In this document: positions 29,363 to 38,247 of the stretch, one piece after another
Layout: the number at the start of each line of letters is the position of its first letter
How positions within the stretch are numbered: position 1 is the stretch's first letter
Origin: Candidatus Micrarchaeota archaeon
Lineage (GTDB): Archaea; Micrarchaeota; Micrarchaeia; Norongarragalinales; Norongarragalinaceae
Assembly (NCBI GenBank): GCA_964580705.1
Contig: CAZOKY010000001.1
Coordinates: 1,224-65,223, forward strand
Reading direction: 5' to 3'
Length of the DNA stretch: 64,000 bases
Program-made: the position numbers and the translations under genes
Notes under the pieces: generated by a model
Seen by the model: only the letters and a program-made list of their open reading frames with translations
Databases searched by the model: none
What the model was told of the DNA's origin: nothing

Positions 29363-29478
29363 TATTTCAGTCACTAAACGCTTTACTTCGCGTTATTCCT
29401 GTGTTGCGAACGTTTTTAATAGCGTTCAGGCATAAAAAAGTGAGTTTCTTTCCGTTATCCTAGAGGTGTTTCGCTGAA

Positions 29479-29880
29479 ATGGTAGACAGGAGTTTCGGGC
29501 AAATGAACGACTTGAGAGTCGGAAAATACGTGATTGCGGACGAGCACCCGTGCCGCGTAATGAGCATAGACCACGCGAAAACCGGCAAGCACGGCGCCGG
29601 AAAAAACATGGTCGTCTGCATCTCGATAATCGACGGTTCGAAGCATTCAATCATGAAGCCGAGCGACGCCGACGTCGAAATCCCCATCGTCGAACGCAAG
29701 CGCGCGCAAGTCGTAACGATTTCAGGCGAAAACGCGCAATTAATGGATTTGACGTCTTACGAAACGTTCGACACGATTATTCCAGAGGAAATGCGGCAGG
29801 AAATCGAAGTCGGAAAGGAAATCCAGTACATGGAAGTCATGGGACGCAAACTGCTCATGCGCATGTACGAAGGCGAGTAA
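29479..29880 (+). CDS. eif5a: Translation factor aIF-5A
   Basis: KTGKHG hypusine loop, AQV, QLMDLTSYETF. Confidence 0.96.
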   Translation: MVDRSFGQMNDLRVGKYVIADEHPCRVMSIDHAKTGKHGAGKNMVVCISIIDGSKHSIMKPSDADVEIPIVERKRAQVVTISGENAQLMDLTSYETFDTIIPEEMRQEIEVGKEIQYMEVMGRKLLMRMYEGE

Positions 29881-29927
29881 GAAAAAGAAAACGCGCCGAC
29901 TTCCCCCCAAAAAAAACCGTTAAACCG

Positions 29928-30152
29928 TCAAAAATCCATTGCCTTCAGCAAGACGCCGAGAACTAGGAACAACAGCACCGCGCTGATTATCAAGTTCAAG
30001 TAAGCAACTGCCTTGATTTCGAAAACTTTGTCTTCCACGATTTTGTCCGTCTTTTCTTCCCAGTCCTTGAATTTCCGGAAATCCGCCTTGAAGCCGTCGA
30101 GTTTCGAATCAATCACTTCAAACGCGTCTGAAACGTCGCTTTTCATTAGCAT
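29928..30152 (-). CDS. Small protein with C-terminal TM helix
   Basis: Charged helical N-part and one hydrophobic helix; start uncertain. Confidence 0.55.
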   Translation of the reverse strand: MLMKSDVSDAFEVIDSKLDGFKADFRKFKDWEEKTDKIVEDKVFEIKAVAYLNLIISAVLLFLVLGVLLKAMDF

Positions 30153-30285
30153 AACCCCCCGTGCTTCCAGTAAAACCAATTGTTTTTAATCCGTTCGAAC
30201 GAAGTAATAACCCGCAAAGCGTTAAAAAACGCTTGCCTCTCATTAACTAACGACGACAAGCATCGACAAGTGGGTTGGGATTAAA

Positions 30286-32343
30286 TTGCCTGGAGAACTA
30301 GTCAGCGCATTCCAAGACTTTTTCAGCGAAAGCAAGCGCAAACAATCGTTGCTCGACGCGGCAGCCGCGTTCCCGAACGAGCGCTCACTCGCCATCGAAT
30401 TCGCGGAACTCGAACGCTTCGACCCCCGCGTGGCCGACGCCTTGCTCGAGCACCCCGACGACGTCGTGAAAGACGCGGAAACAGCAGTCTCGGATTTCGT
30501 TCTGCCTACGCCGAGCGGCAAAAAATTCGCTCCGCACGTACGCTTCCACTCGCTGCCGGACTCGAGCGAAGTCGAACCACGCGAACTCGGGGCAGCGAAC
30601 CTCAACCGCTTGTTCAAAATCGAAGGAGTCGTCTCGTACATCATGGAAATCAAGCCCATGATCAAAACCGCGTTGTGGGAATGCCTGCACTGCGGCGCGA
30701 CCACGAAAACGCTTACTCAAAAAAACTCCGTTTCGGAGCCAGGAAGCTGCAGGTGCGGACACGGAGGAAAAGAAAACTTCAAATTGCTGGAGCAGTCAAG
30801 CGATTTCATCAACATCCAGAAAGCCGGAATACAGGAAGCAGTCGAAAAAATCAGGGGCAGCACGCCGGCGTCGCGCATCGAGTTATGGATGGAAGACGAC
30901 CTCGTAAACAAAATCGCTCCGGGCGACAAAGTGTGGATTACCGGCGTCATGCGCTTGAAGCAACAAAAACCCGGCAAAGGGCAGTCCAGCGTTTACGAAA
31001 AGTTCGTCGACGTCACACACATCCAAAAAGTCGAGCGCGAGTTCGAGGAAATCAAGTACTCGAAAGAAGAAGAAAAAAAGATTCAAGAACTCGCGGCGGA
31101 CCCGCACATTTACGAAAAAATCCAGAAAAGCATCGCGCCCAGCATGTGGGGTTACGAAGAAATGAAGCAAGCCGTCGCGCTGCAACTCTTCGGCGGAAAC
31201 TCGCACAAAGAAATGCCTGACGGCAAAAAAGTCAGGAGCGACATTCACGTTCTTTTAATCGGCGACCCGGGCACCGGAAAATCAATGCTCCTCGAAAGCG
31301 TTCACCGCATCGCCCCGAAAAACGTTTACGTAAGCGGCGGCGGGGCAAGCGGCGTAGGAATGACTGCGAGCGCCGAACGCAACACCGACGGAGAATGGTT
31401 GTTGAAGGCGGGTGCAATGGTTCTCGCCAACGGTGGAATAGCGATAATCGACGAATTCGACAAGATGGATGAAAAAGACCGCGGCTTAATGCACGAGGCG
31501 ATGGAACAGCAGTTCGTAAGCATCGCGAAAGCAGGAATGATAACCCAGTTCAAGAGCGCGTCAAGCGTGCTCGCGGCCGCGAACCCTAAAATGGGCCGCT
31601 TTGATTCAATGAAACCGCCGGGAGAACAATTCGCGATGGGACCCGCTTTAATGTCGCGTTTTGACCTCATATTCGCCATCAGGGATTTTCCCGACGAAAC
31701 GCGCGACCGCGGGCTCGTGGAACACGTTCTAATGAGCCACAAGCTCGCAAGCGAAAACAAGGCGCCCGACAAAGGTTCTCCGATTAATCCCGAAATCGAT
31801 GCGGAACTACTGCAGAAATACATCGCGTACGCGAGGCAAAACGTTTTCCCGATTTTGACGGACGCGGCAATAAAAAAAATCGAGGAGTATTACATTCAGC
31901 TCCGTAAGCTGGGCGAAAAGCAAGGCAACGTTCCCGTCACGCCTCGCCAACTCGAGGGACTCGTGCGCTTGAGCGAAGCGAGCGCGAAAATACGCTTGAG
32001 CGACAAAGTCGAGGCAAGCGACGCCGAACGCGCAGTCAACATCGTAAACTTCGTGTTGGAAGAAATATTCGTCGACAAGGAAACGGGGCGCATCGATAGC
32101 GACGTCATCAACATCGGCCAGTCGAAAAGCAGAATCGACAAAATGCGTTCACTCCTCGGAATAATCAGCGAGCTCGAGAAGAAGACGGACCTCGTGGCAA
32201 TCGAAGACGTTTTCCGCGACGCGGCGCAGTACGGAATGGATGAAGTTTACGTGCGCCAACTAATTGAAACCCTCGAGCGTCAAGGCGACTTGTACCGCCC
32301 CAAAGCAGGGCACGTGAAGAGCGCGCGCAAGCGCGACTGGTAA
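30286..32343 (+). CDS. mcm: Replicative helicase MCM
   Basis: Zn finger, GDPGTGKS, IDEFDKM, AMEQQ..SIAKAG, SRFDL, TPRQLE, C-terminal wHTH; no intein. Confidence 0.98.
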   Translation: MPGELVSAFQDFFSESKRKQSLLDAAAAFPNERSLAIEFAELERFDPRVADALLEHPDDVVKDAETAVSDFVLPTPSGKKFAPHVRFHSLPDSSEVEPRELGAANLNRLFKIEGVVSYIMEIKPMIKTALWECLHCGATTKTLTQKNSVSEPGSCRCGHGGKENFKLLEQSSDFINIQKAGIQEAVEKIRGSTPASRIELWMEDDLVNKIAPGDKVWITGVMRLKQQKPGKGQSSVYEKFVDVTHIQKVEREFEEIKYSKEEEKKIQELAADPHIYEKIQKSIAPSMWGYEEMKQAVALQLFGGNSHKEMPDGKKVRSDIHVLLIGDPGTGKSMLLESVHRIAPKNVYVSGGGASGVGMTASAERNTDGEWLLKAGAMVLANGGIAIIDEFDKMDEKDRGLMHEAMEQQFVSIAKAGMITQFKSASSVLAAANPKMGRFDSMKPPGEQFAMGPALMSRFDLIFAIRDFPDETRDRGLVEHVLMSHKLASENKAPDKGSPINPEIDAELLQKYIAYARQNVFPILTDAAIKKIEEYYIQLRKLGEKQGNVPVTPRQLEGLVRLSEASAKIRLSDKVEASDAERAVNIVNFVLEEIFVDKETGRIDSDVINIGQSKSRIDKMRSLLGIISELEKKTDLVAIEDVFRDAAQYGMDEVYVRQLIETLERQGDLYRPKAGHVKSARKRDW

Positions 32344-32398
32344 AACGCAAGGCCGCCGCACCCCGCTGCACCCGCCGCACGCTCGCAACCCGCGCCTC

Positions 32399-32746
32399 CT
32401 AAAACCAGCGGATGGCTTCCAGCAACGGACGCGCCCAACCGATTAACGAAAACAAGACGTACAACAGCAGCGCTGCTCCGAACGCCAGAATGAGCGCGGG
32501 CAGAACGATGAACAACACGAGGAGCGTTCCGAGTAGGAACCAGAAAAAGAAAAAGAAGACGGCGAGGGAAAAAACGAAGAATTTCAAGCCAAGAGCGTAA
32601 CCGGCGTGCGCCGCGCGCGAAACGCGTTCGGTGCGTTCAGCGCTTTCGCTGCGAACGTGGACGAGCCTAGCGTAGTCGTGCGAGCGCTTCGCTGGCTTTA
32701 AGCCGCGCTTCCGCGCGCCTCGCGAACTCGTTCGCTCAGCCAACAA
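32399..32746 (-). CDS. Hypothetical membrane protein
   Basis: Basic N-terminus plus long hydrophobic region; GAGGTGA SD upstream. Confidence 0.55.
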   Translation of the reverse strand: MLAERTSSRGARKRGLKPAKRSHDYARLVHVRSESAERTERVSRAAHAGYALGLKFFVFSLAVFFFFFWFLLGTLLVLFIVLPALILAFGAALLLYVLFSLIGWARPLLEAIRWF

Positions 32747-32763
32747 AAGCGCTCACCTCGAAT

Positions 32764-33066
32764 TCAACCGAACAAAGCCGCGAGTCCTTCCGCTGCTTCG
32801 GCTTCCTTCTCGGCTTCGCTCTTCTCGTCCTTCTTTTCTTCCTTCTTAGCTTCCGCGCCTGCAGGCGCTGCGCCTGCCGCTACGGGGGCTACTGCCGCTT
32901 GCTTCACTGCTTCCGCAATGTCGACTCCTTCGAGCGCTGCGACTACTGCTTTCAGCTTCGTCGCGTCTTCCGTTGCGCCCGCGGCGGTCAACACTTTGCC
33001 GAGGCTTTCTTCCGTGACTTTCTGCCCTGCAGAGTGCAGGAGCAAAACGGCGTATACGTCTTTCAT
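32764..33066 (-). CDS. rpl12: 50S ribosomal protein L12/P1
   Basis: YAVLLLHSAG, Ala-rich hinge, GLAALFG terminus. Confidence 0.96.
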   Translation of the reverse strand: MKDVYAVLLLHSAGQKVTEESLGKVLTAAGATEDATKLKAVVAALEGVDIAEAVKQAAVAPVAAGAAPAGAEAKKEEKKDEKSEAEKEAEAAEGLAALFG

Positions 33067-33114
33067 TTTTTCATTCACCTAACATGATTTTATTCGAACA
33101 AACAACGAACATGA

Positions 33115-34014
33115 TTACTGAGTCGGAGCTGCGGGAGCTGCAGGAACTGCAGGAGTCGCCGGAGCAGCCGGAGCCGCTTCAGGCGCGGGCGTCGCCGCCG
33201 CTTCCTCCTTCTTTTCTTCCGTTTTTTCTTCCTTCTTTTCACCAGCAGGAACTTTGGACTTCACCAATTTGTCAATCGCGTTCGCCTCACGCGCCGCCTT
33301 CGCTATGATGAGCGGCGTGCTTTCAGCGTTGTAAATCTCCGCGAAAACGCAGAGATTCAAAGCATGTTGAACCGCCTGCGTCAAGCTCGCCTTGAACGCT
33401 TCGTCGTCAATGTCAAGCACGGCGCCTTCGTAAAGCGTTCCGTGATCCCAAACCGCGCGCACTTGCATCATTAACTCCATGGGTTCGATTCCCAGCTTCG
33501 CGAGAATTCCCGCGACGGGCGCGCTAATGGGTTCGCCTTTCTTCGCGACGACAGTATCACGCGTAATCACGATTTTCGGTCCCTGGATTTTCGCGTCAAT
33601 CTTCGCCTGCTTGAGTTCCGTCAGCACGGGTCCGGGAGGAAGACTCGTTTCCCCGGCGGGAACGATTAAATCGCAAGGCGCGAGTTGCCCTGCTTTCGCG
33701 ATAGTCTTCGACTTTGCCTGCTTGAACAACTTGTATAAGCGGAAAGCATCGAGCTCCGTCGTGAGCAGCACGGCACCGTTGCACCAATACTTTTCGAGTT
33801 CCTTCGCTTCCGGCTTCGCGGATTCGAGCGCGCGAGCCATCAACGTTTGCCTGGCAAAAAAGAATTTGACTTTGTCGCTCGTCTTCTTCTTGATTGCGCC
33901 GTACTGCTTGCCTGGCAAGGAAGCGTTGCTTGCTATGGCGATTACTTGCGCGCCCGCTAGTTCTTTCACCATGTGCTTGACGAGCACTTGCTTTTCTTTC
34001 TTGGATAAAACCAT
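33115..34014 (-). CDS. rpl10: 50S ribosomal protein L10/P0
   Basis: AKAGQLAPCDLIVPAGETSLPPGP, LAKLGIEP; between L1 and P1. Confidence 0.95.
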   Translation of the reverse strand: MVLSKKEKQVLVKHMVKELAGAQVIAIASNASLPGKQYGAIKKKTSDKVKFFFARQTLMARALESAKPEAKELEKYWCNGAVLLTTELDAFRLYKLFKQAKSKTIAKAGQLAPCDLIVPAGETSLPPGPVLTELKQAKIDAKIQGPKIVITRDTVVAKKGEPISAPVAGILAKLGIEPMELMMQVRAVWDHGTLYEGAVLDIDDEAFKASLTQAVQHALNLCVFAEIYNAESTPLIIAKAAREANAIDKLVKSKVPAGEKKEEKTEEKKEEAAATPAPEAAPAAPATPAVPAAPAAPTQ

Positions 34015-34017
34015 GGA

Positions 34018-34755
34018 TTAAGCACTCTGAGGATTCTGAGGATTTTGTGAATTCTGTGAATTCTGAGAAACGTCATTCGCTTGAACTGCATGCCCTTTAG
34101 TCTTCGCGATTTTCGCGCCGATCTTGGCGGGTTTGCCCATCGTCGTCTTCACGTAAATGCTCTTGATTTTGGATTCAACTACTTTCTTCAATATCGCTTC
34201 AACTACGGCGAAAGCGTTTTCCGTGATTTGCTCGACGGGCATTGATTCGTTGCCGACGGGGCAGTGAACGCAAGGCAAGTATTTTCCTTTGCTTTTAATG
34301 GAAATCGTGCGCCTCGAACGCTCGAACAAGTCTTTGAGGTTCGTTCCCGGGGGAATGGGGCGTGCGTTGCGGTTGTGCGCCGCGAGGAATTGTCCAAGCG
34401 CTTTTCCGACTTGCGCCATGAGCTTCGGCTCGCTTAAAACGAAGTAGTCGACGAGTTTCGCTTGCTTCGGCTTGTCGGACGCGTAAGAAGCGATTTCACT
34501 GCTTGGAATGACTAAATCCGCGCCTGCTTTCTGCATTTCGCTTGCGACGACTCCGTCGGCGAACACGGCAATCTTGACTTGCTTCGGCGGATAAGGAAGG
34601 ACGACGTCGAAGTTCGGGCGGTTCTCGGGTTTCTTTAAGTCCAAGTCGCGGAAATTGAATGCGAGGTCGACGCTTTGAGTGAACTTGCGTTTGCCTTTGC
34701 CGTCGGCGAGCGCTAAGGCTACTGCTTCTCCAACCGCTTTCTTGTCGAGAACCAT
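34018..34755 (-). CDS. rpl1: 50S ribosomal protein L1
   Basis: RKFTQSVDL, HCPVGNESM, IYVKTTMG. Confidence 0.96.
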   Translation of the reverse strand: MVLDKKAVGEAVALALADGKGKRKFTQSVDLAFNFRDLDLKKPENRPNFDVVLPYPPKQVKIAVFADGVVASEMQKAGADLVIPSSEIASYASDKPKQAKLVDYFVLSEPKLMAQVGKALGQFLAAHNRNARPIPPGTNLKDLFERSRRTISIKSKGKYLPCVHCPVGNESMPVEQITENAFAVVEAILKKVVESKIKSIYVKTTMGKPAKIGAKIAKTKGHAVQANDVSQNSQNSQNPQNPQSA

Positions 34756-34800
34756 TTTTTCAAAACCTTAAAGCCAAAAGCCTTATTTCTAAAGAACAAG

Positions 34801-34900
34801 TTTTTCCGAAGCGCTCTTTTGACGAAAGGACTCTTTTGCAGAGTCAATCCCTCCTGCGCGAAAACCGCGAAGTGGTTTAGTGCAGTTCGAGCGGGAAAAA
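34801..34900 (-). promoter_or_regulatory. Structured 5' leader of the L1-P0-P1 operon
   Basis: Closing stems TTTTTCC/GGAAAAA and CGCTC/GAGCG enclose two hairpins; TATA-like box at 34937-34944. Confidence 0.45.
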
Positions 34901-34945
34901 CAGTTAAACGACGAACACTAATTTTGCGAAAGGTGGTTTTTAAAC

Positions 34946-35893
34946 CTATTGAAAGCGAGTCAACGTATCCTGTTTTCCAAGCAATATGTTAAAAGCATTT
35001 TCGGCTTCTCGCGCAGTATTTCGCTCAATATTTTCTTTGATGTGATGAATAACCCCGGAAAATTTAGCATCCGGTTTGGTAACTATAATCAGATCGTAGT
35101 GAAAAGGAATTCCCGTTCTAACTGCAATTGTTTCAACAGTTTTTCCAGTTTCTCGTATTTTTTCGACATAATAATCGAGAGGCGTTTTCGTTCCAAAATC
35201 GGAAGAACCCAAAAATCGTTTGAGGGCGCCTAGGTTATGTGGATTTCGGGTAACGTTGGAGGTTGGAAAGTTTATTATCAAATCACAGTATCGGTGTTCT
35301 AAAAGTTTGTTTATTGTCGCCCAATCGGCGTCTAACCCCTGGTTATCAATAAAGACAAGAGCGTGATGTTTTCCTGATTGAGTAAGTTCGGCAAGTATGC
35401 CGTCAACGGCTAAATTACAATCGCCATGAATTAGCTTAAATTGACTTTTACTGAGACCGGCGTTAGTCAGTATGTCTAAACGGCCGCGCAAAGCATCTAA
35501 GTTAGTTTTGTTTTCGTCTACAAAAAACATTTTCTTAAAAGGCGGGATAGCGGTGGCAGCTATGAGCGGAGAGCCGACAATATAATGTTTTTTAGAACAT
35601 TTCGAGCATTTTTCAGGTTGTGGCTCGCAATCTCGATATTTACACACAAGATCAATGCCTGAATTCGAAAGTAAGTCAATGAAATAAAAATTATCACCTA
35701 TGTTTCGACTTATTATTGGAACATAGCAGCTATGGGCGTATGCGGCGAGGCAATAAAGTTTGAGCGGCGCCCAAAAGTTCGCTAGAAAAAAACTACTGGG
35801 GTCAACTTCGACTAAGGCAGGCATGACCGACGAGTATTTTTTAAGTATTGGATCAAGACGGTCGGTAAAAGATTTTTTTGGTTTATCTCGCAT
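34946..35893 (-). CDS. tcmP: Three-Cys-motif partner protein (TcmP family, SAM-methyltransferase-like fold)
   Basis: W...KL..L..Y, FIDLLSNSG, GSPLIA, FFVDE, GDCN, LVFIDNQG...W.TI, DLIINF pattern; AT-rich; ATG overlaps the radical SAM stop region. Confidence 0.8.
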   Translation of the reverse strand: MRDKPKKSFTDRLDPILKKYSSVMPALVEVDPSSFFLANFWAPLKLYCLAAYAHSCYVPIISRNIGDNFYFIDLLSNSGIDLVCKYRDCEPQPEKCSKCSKKHYIVGSPLIAATAIPPFKKMFFVDENKTNLDALRGRLDILTNAGLSKSQFKLIHGDCNLAVDGILAELTQSGKHHALVFIDNQGLDADWATINKLLEHRYCDLIINFPTSNVTRNPHNLGALKRFLGSSDFGTKTPLDYYVEKIRETGKTVETIAVRTGIPFHYDLIIVTKPDAKFSGVIHHIKENIERNTAREAENAFNILLGKQDTLTRFQ

Positions 35894-36734
35894 ACATCGG
35901 CGCCAGTAATTTTTTATCAGATTTCGTGTTCTGCGTCCTAAACATTTTCTCGGTTCGAGGGTTATATTCTTTTCTCGTACCAAATTTTATGTGACATGAT
36001 ATTCCGTTTTCCTTACAAAAGTCAAGCACTTCGTTAGCATGAGACTCGTAAAAGAATTCATTGTCCTTGAAGGAACTGCTTTTCGTGTTGTAATTCAGCT
36101 TGCCGAAAATAATTTTGTCGACGAAAGAAACGCTTTCCAAAATATCGTTCAAATCCTGTTCTACGAGGTTCGGCGTCGGGTAAGGCTCCATGCTAACCCA
36201 AGTCCGCAAACCCTCGTCATGCAAACGCTTCAAGGCTTTTACTCGCTGGTTGTAAGGCGCGCTGAACGGCTCAAACTCCTTCTTGAAACTAGCATCGTTC
36301 GAAACCAGCGTGATTCCGTACTCGTTGTCGAAACCGTATTTCTCCGCGTCAGCCAGCATTGCCGGGTATAGCCCTTTCGTTAAGACAGTGCTTCTGATTC
36401 CGTACGAATTCAGTTTTTCGATGATTTTAGACGACATTTTCGCTACTTCAGGGTAGCCGTACATGAACGGGTCGGTCGTAAAACACAAGTGAACGAAATT
36501 GATTTTATCGGCGTGCTTGGGAATCTCTTCATCCAATAATTCGAGCGCGTTTTCAACTAGTTTCGGCTTGCACCAGTCAGAGTAAGACTTTACTTTGCCG
36601 AAGCGAATCGCCATCATCATGGCGTAGCAAGGAAAACGGCAGCCGTGAGCGCAGCCTTCAACGTGGTTAATGCAGTAGTCCGCGTATTCTACCTTGCTTC
36701 GGTACAATAGCGACTTTTTTCTGATAGTCTGCAT
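35883..36734 (-). CDS. Radical SAM protein, spore-photoproduct-lyase-like family, with Cx3Cx3C motif
   Basis: INHVEGCAHGCRFPCYA, TTDPF, VLTKG, GITL, FEP, R..AL..LH..G..TWVSMEP. Confidence 0.85.
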   Translation of the reverse strand: MQTIRKKSLLYRSKVEYADYCINHVEGCAHGCRFPCYAMMMAIRFGKVKSYSDWCKPKLVENALELLDEEIPKHADKINFVHLCFTTDPFMYGYPEVAKMSSKIIEKLNSYGIRSTVLTKGLYPAMLADAEKYGFDNEYGITLVSNDASFKKEFEPFSAPYNQRVKALKRLHDEGLRTWVSMEPYPTPNLVEQDLNDILESVSFVDKIIFGKLNYNTKSSSFKDNEFFYESHANEVLDFCKENGISCHIKFGTRKEYNPRTEKMFRTQNTKSDKKLLAPMYAR

Positions 36735-36803
36735 TAACCAACCACCCAAAGAAGCTAAGGAATTGGCTTTTTAATACGTCTCGCAGCCTTGCTTCCAGTA
36801 AAC

Positions 36804-37421
36804 TCAAAGCACTTTCTTCAACCGCTCGTTAACCGCGTTCCAGTCAACCACGTTCCAGAACGCGTCTACGAAGCGCGGCCGCTCGTTCTTGTAATCCAGG
36901 TAGTACGCGTGCTCCCAAACGTCGATAACGAGGAGAGGCTTCAAACCCGGCGCGAAATTAACGTTGTGCTTCTCGACCTGCATGATGACGGGGCGTTGCG
37001 TCATCTTACCGTACGCGAGAACAGCCCAACCGCTGCCCTCGACGCTGACGGCAATCTTCGAAAACTCGGTTTTGAAGCGCTCGAAACTCCCGAATTCGTT
37101 CTTGATTGCATCGCCGATTGCGCTTCCCGCTTCCGGAACTCCTCCGCCGCCCTTGCCTGCGGGCGCCATATTCTCCCAGAACAACGAGTGCAAAACGTGC
37201 CCGCCGCTGTTGAAAGCCAGTTCCTTCGCAATCGCCTTAAAGTCAAGGTCGGCACCGCTTGAGCGAGCCGCGTCGAGCTTGTCGTAAATCGCGTTCGCGC
37301 CGTTGACGTAAGCCGCGTGATGCTTGCCGTGGTGAATCGCCAACTGTTGTTCGCTCAAGAACGGCGCGAGTTCTCCGTAACCGTACTTGAGTTTCGGCAA
37401 AACGTATTTCCCGCCAGGCAT
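36804..37421 (-). CDS. sod: Fe/Mn superoxide dismutase
   Basis: HHGKHHAAYV, GHVLHSLFW, GSGWA, DVWEHAYY. Confidence 0.97.
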   Translation of the reverse strand: MPGGKYVLPKLKYGYGELAPFLSEQQLAIHHGKHHAAYVNGANAIYDKLDAARSSGADLDFKAIAKELAFNSGGHVLHSLFWENMAPAGKGGGGVPEAGSAIGDAIKNEFGSFERFKTEFSKIAVSVEGSGWAVLAYGKMTQRPVIMQVEKHNVNFAPGLKPLLVIDVWEHAYYLDYKNERPRFVDAFWNVVDWNAVNERLKKVL

Positions 37422-37451
37422 TACTTCCCACCTCGAAAAAATCGTTTTATT

Positions 37452-37568
37452 TCACTTCTGCAGAACCATGTCTTGCCCGCAGCAAACGAGCGTTCCCCCG
37501 CCCGCTTCCACCACGCTCACGACGTTCCCGCAAACCTCGCAACGATAAACTTCATTAACCGCCGTCAT
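37452..37568 (-). CDS. Stand-alone desulforedoxin (Fe-Cys4, 38 aa)
   Basis: Manual translation [38 protein letters not shown]; CxxC...CCG signature; AGGTGA SD; not in ORF track. Confidence 0.92.
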   Translation of the reverse strand: MTAVNEVYRCEVCGNVVSVVEAGGGTLVCCGQDMVLQK

Positions 37569-37592
37569 TTCTCTCACCTTTTCTTTTCGCTT

Positions 37593-38183
37593 TCAGTATT
37601 CCTCGCACTTCAACTGGTAAAACGCGGTCGGGTGATCGCAAGCAGGACACTTCTCCGGAGGCGTCGTGCCGAAGTGCATGTAACCGCACTCGCGGCAAAC
37701 CCACCAAACCGCCTGCGGCTTCTTGAACACCGTACCGTCCGTCACTTGCTTCAGCAGCTTAACGTAACGCTCCTCGTGATGCTTTTCCGCTACGGCAATC
37801 GAACGCATTCGCTTTGCAACGTCGTGAAAACCTTCCGCATCCGCGATTTTCGCGAACTCCGGATACATAGACTCGTGTTCGTGGTGTTCGCCCGCAATCG
37901 CCGCCGCCAAATTCTCTTTAGTCGAACCGAATACCGTCGGAACGCCGACTCCTTCAGCGATTACGATTTCCGCGGCAGTTTCACCCGTTTTCGCCTTTAT
38001 CGCTTGAATCGCTTCAAACAAGCGCTTCGCGTGAGTGCGCTCCTGCTCCGCAGTCTCGAGAAACACTCCCGCAATCTGCTCGAAACCCTCCTTCATTGCG
38101 GCTTTCGCGTAAATAGTGTAACGGTTGCGCGCCTGACTCTCGCCAACGAACGCTTTCGCGAGACACTCTAGCGTCTTATTCAT
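37593..38183 (-). CDS. rbr: Rubrerythrin
   Basis: AFVGESQARNRY, EQERTHA, GEHHE..MYP, EKHH, C-terminal CRECG...CPAC. Confidence 0.96.
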   Translation of the reverse strand: MNKTLECLAKAFVGESQARNRYTIYAKAAMKEGFEQIAGVFLETAEQERTHAKRLFEAIQAIKAKTGETAAEIVIAEGVGVPTVFGSTKENLAAAIAGEHHEHESMYPEFAKIADAEGFHDVAKRMRSIAVAEKHHEERYVKLLKQVTDGTVFKKPQAVWWVCRECGYMHFGTTPPEKCPACDHPTAFYQLKCEEY

Positions 38184-38247
38184 CGATGCCCACCTCTCAA
38201 CGCAAACTCTTCCTTAAAAGAAGAAAACCGAGTTACGCAGCCGAAGT

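Noticed and set aside
30286..32343. Intein in MCM
   Set aside because: 685 aa with continuous Walker A/B and arginine-finger motifs; no insertion seen.
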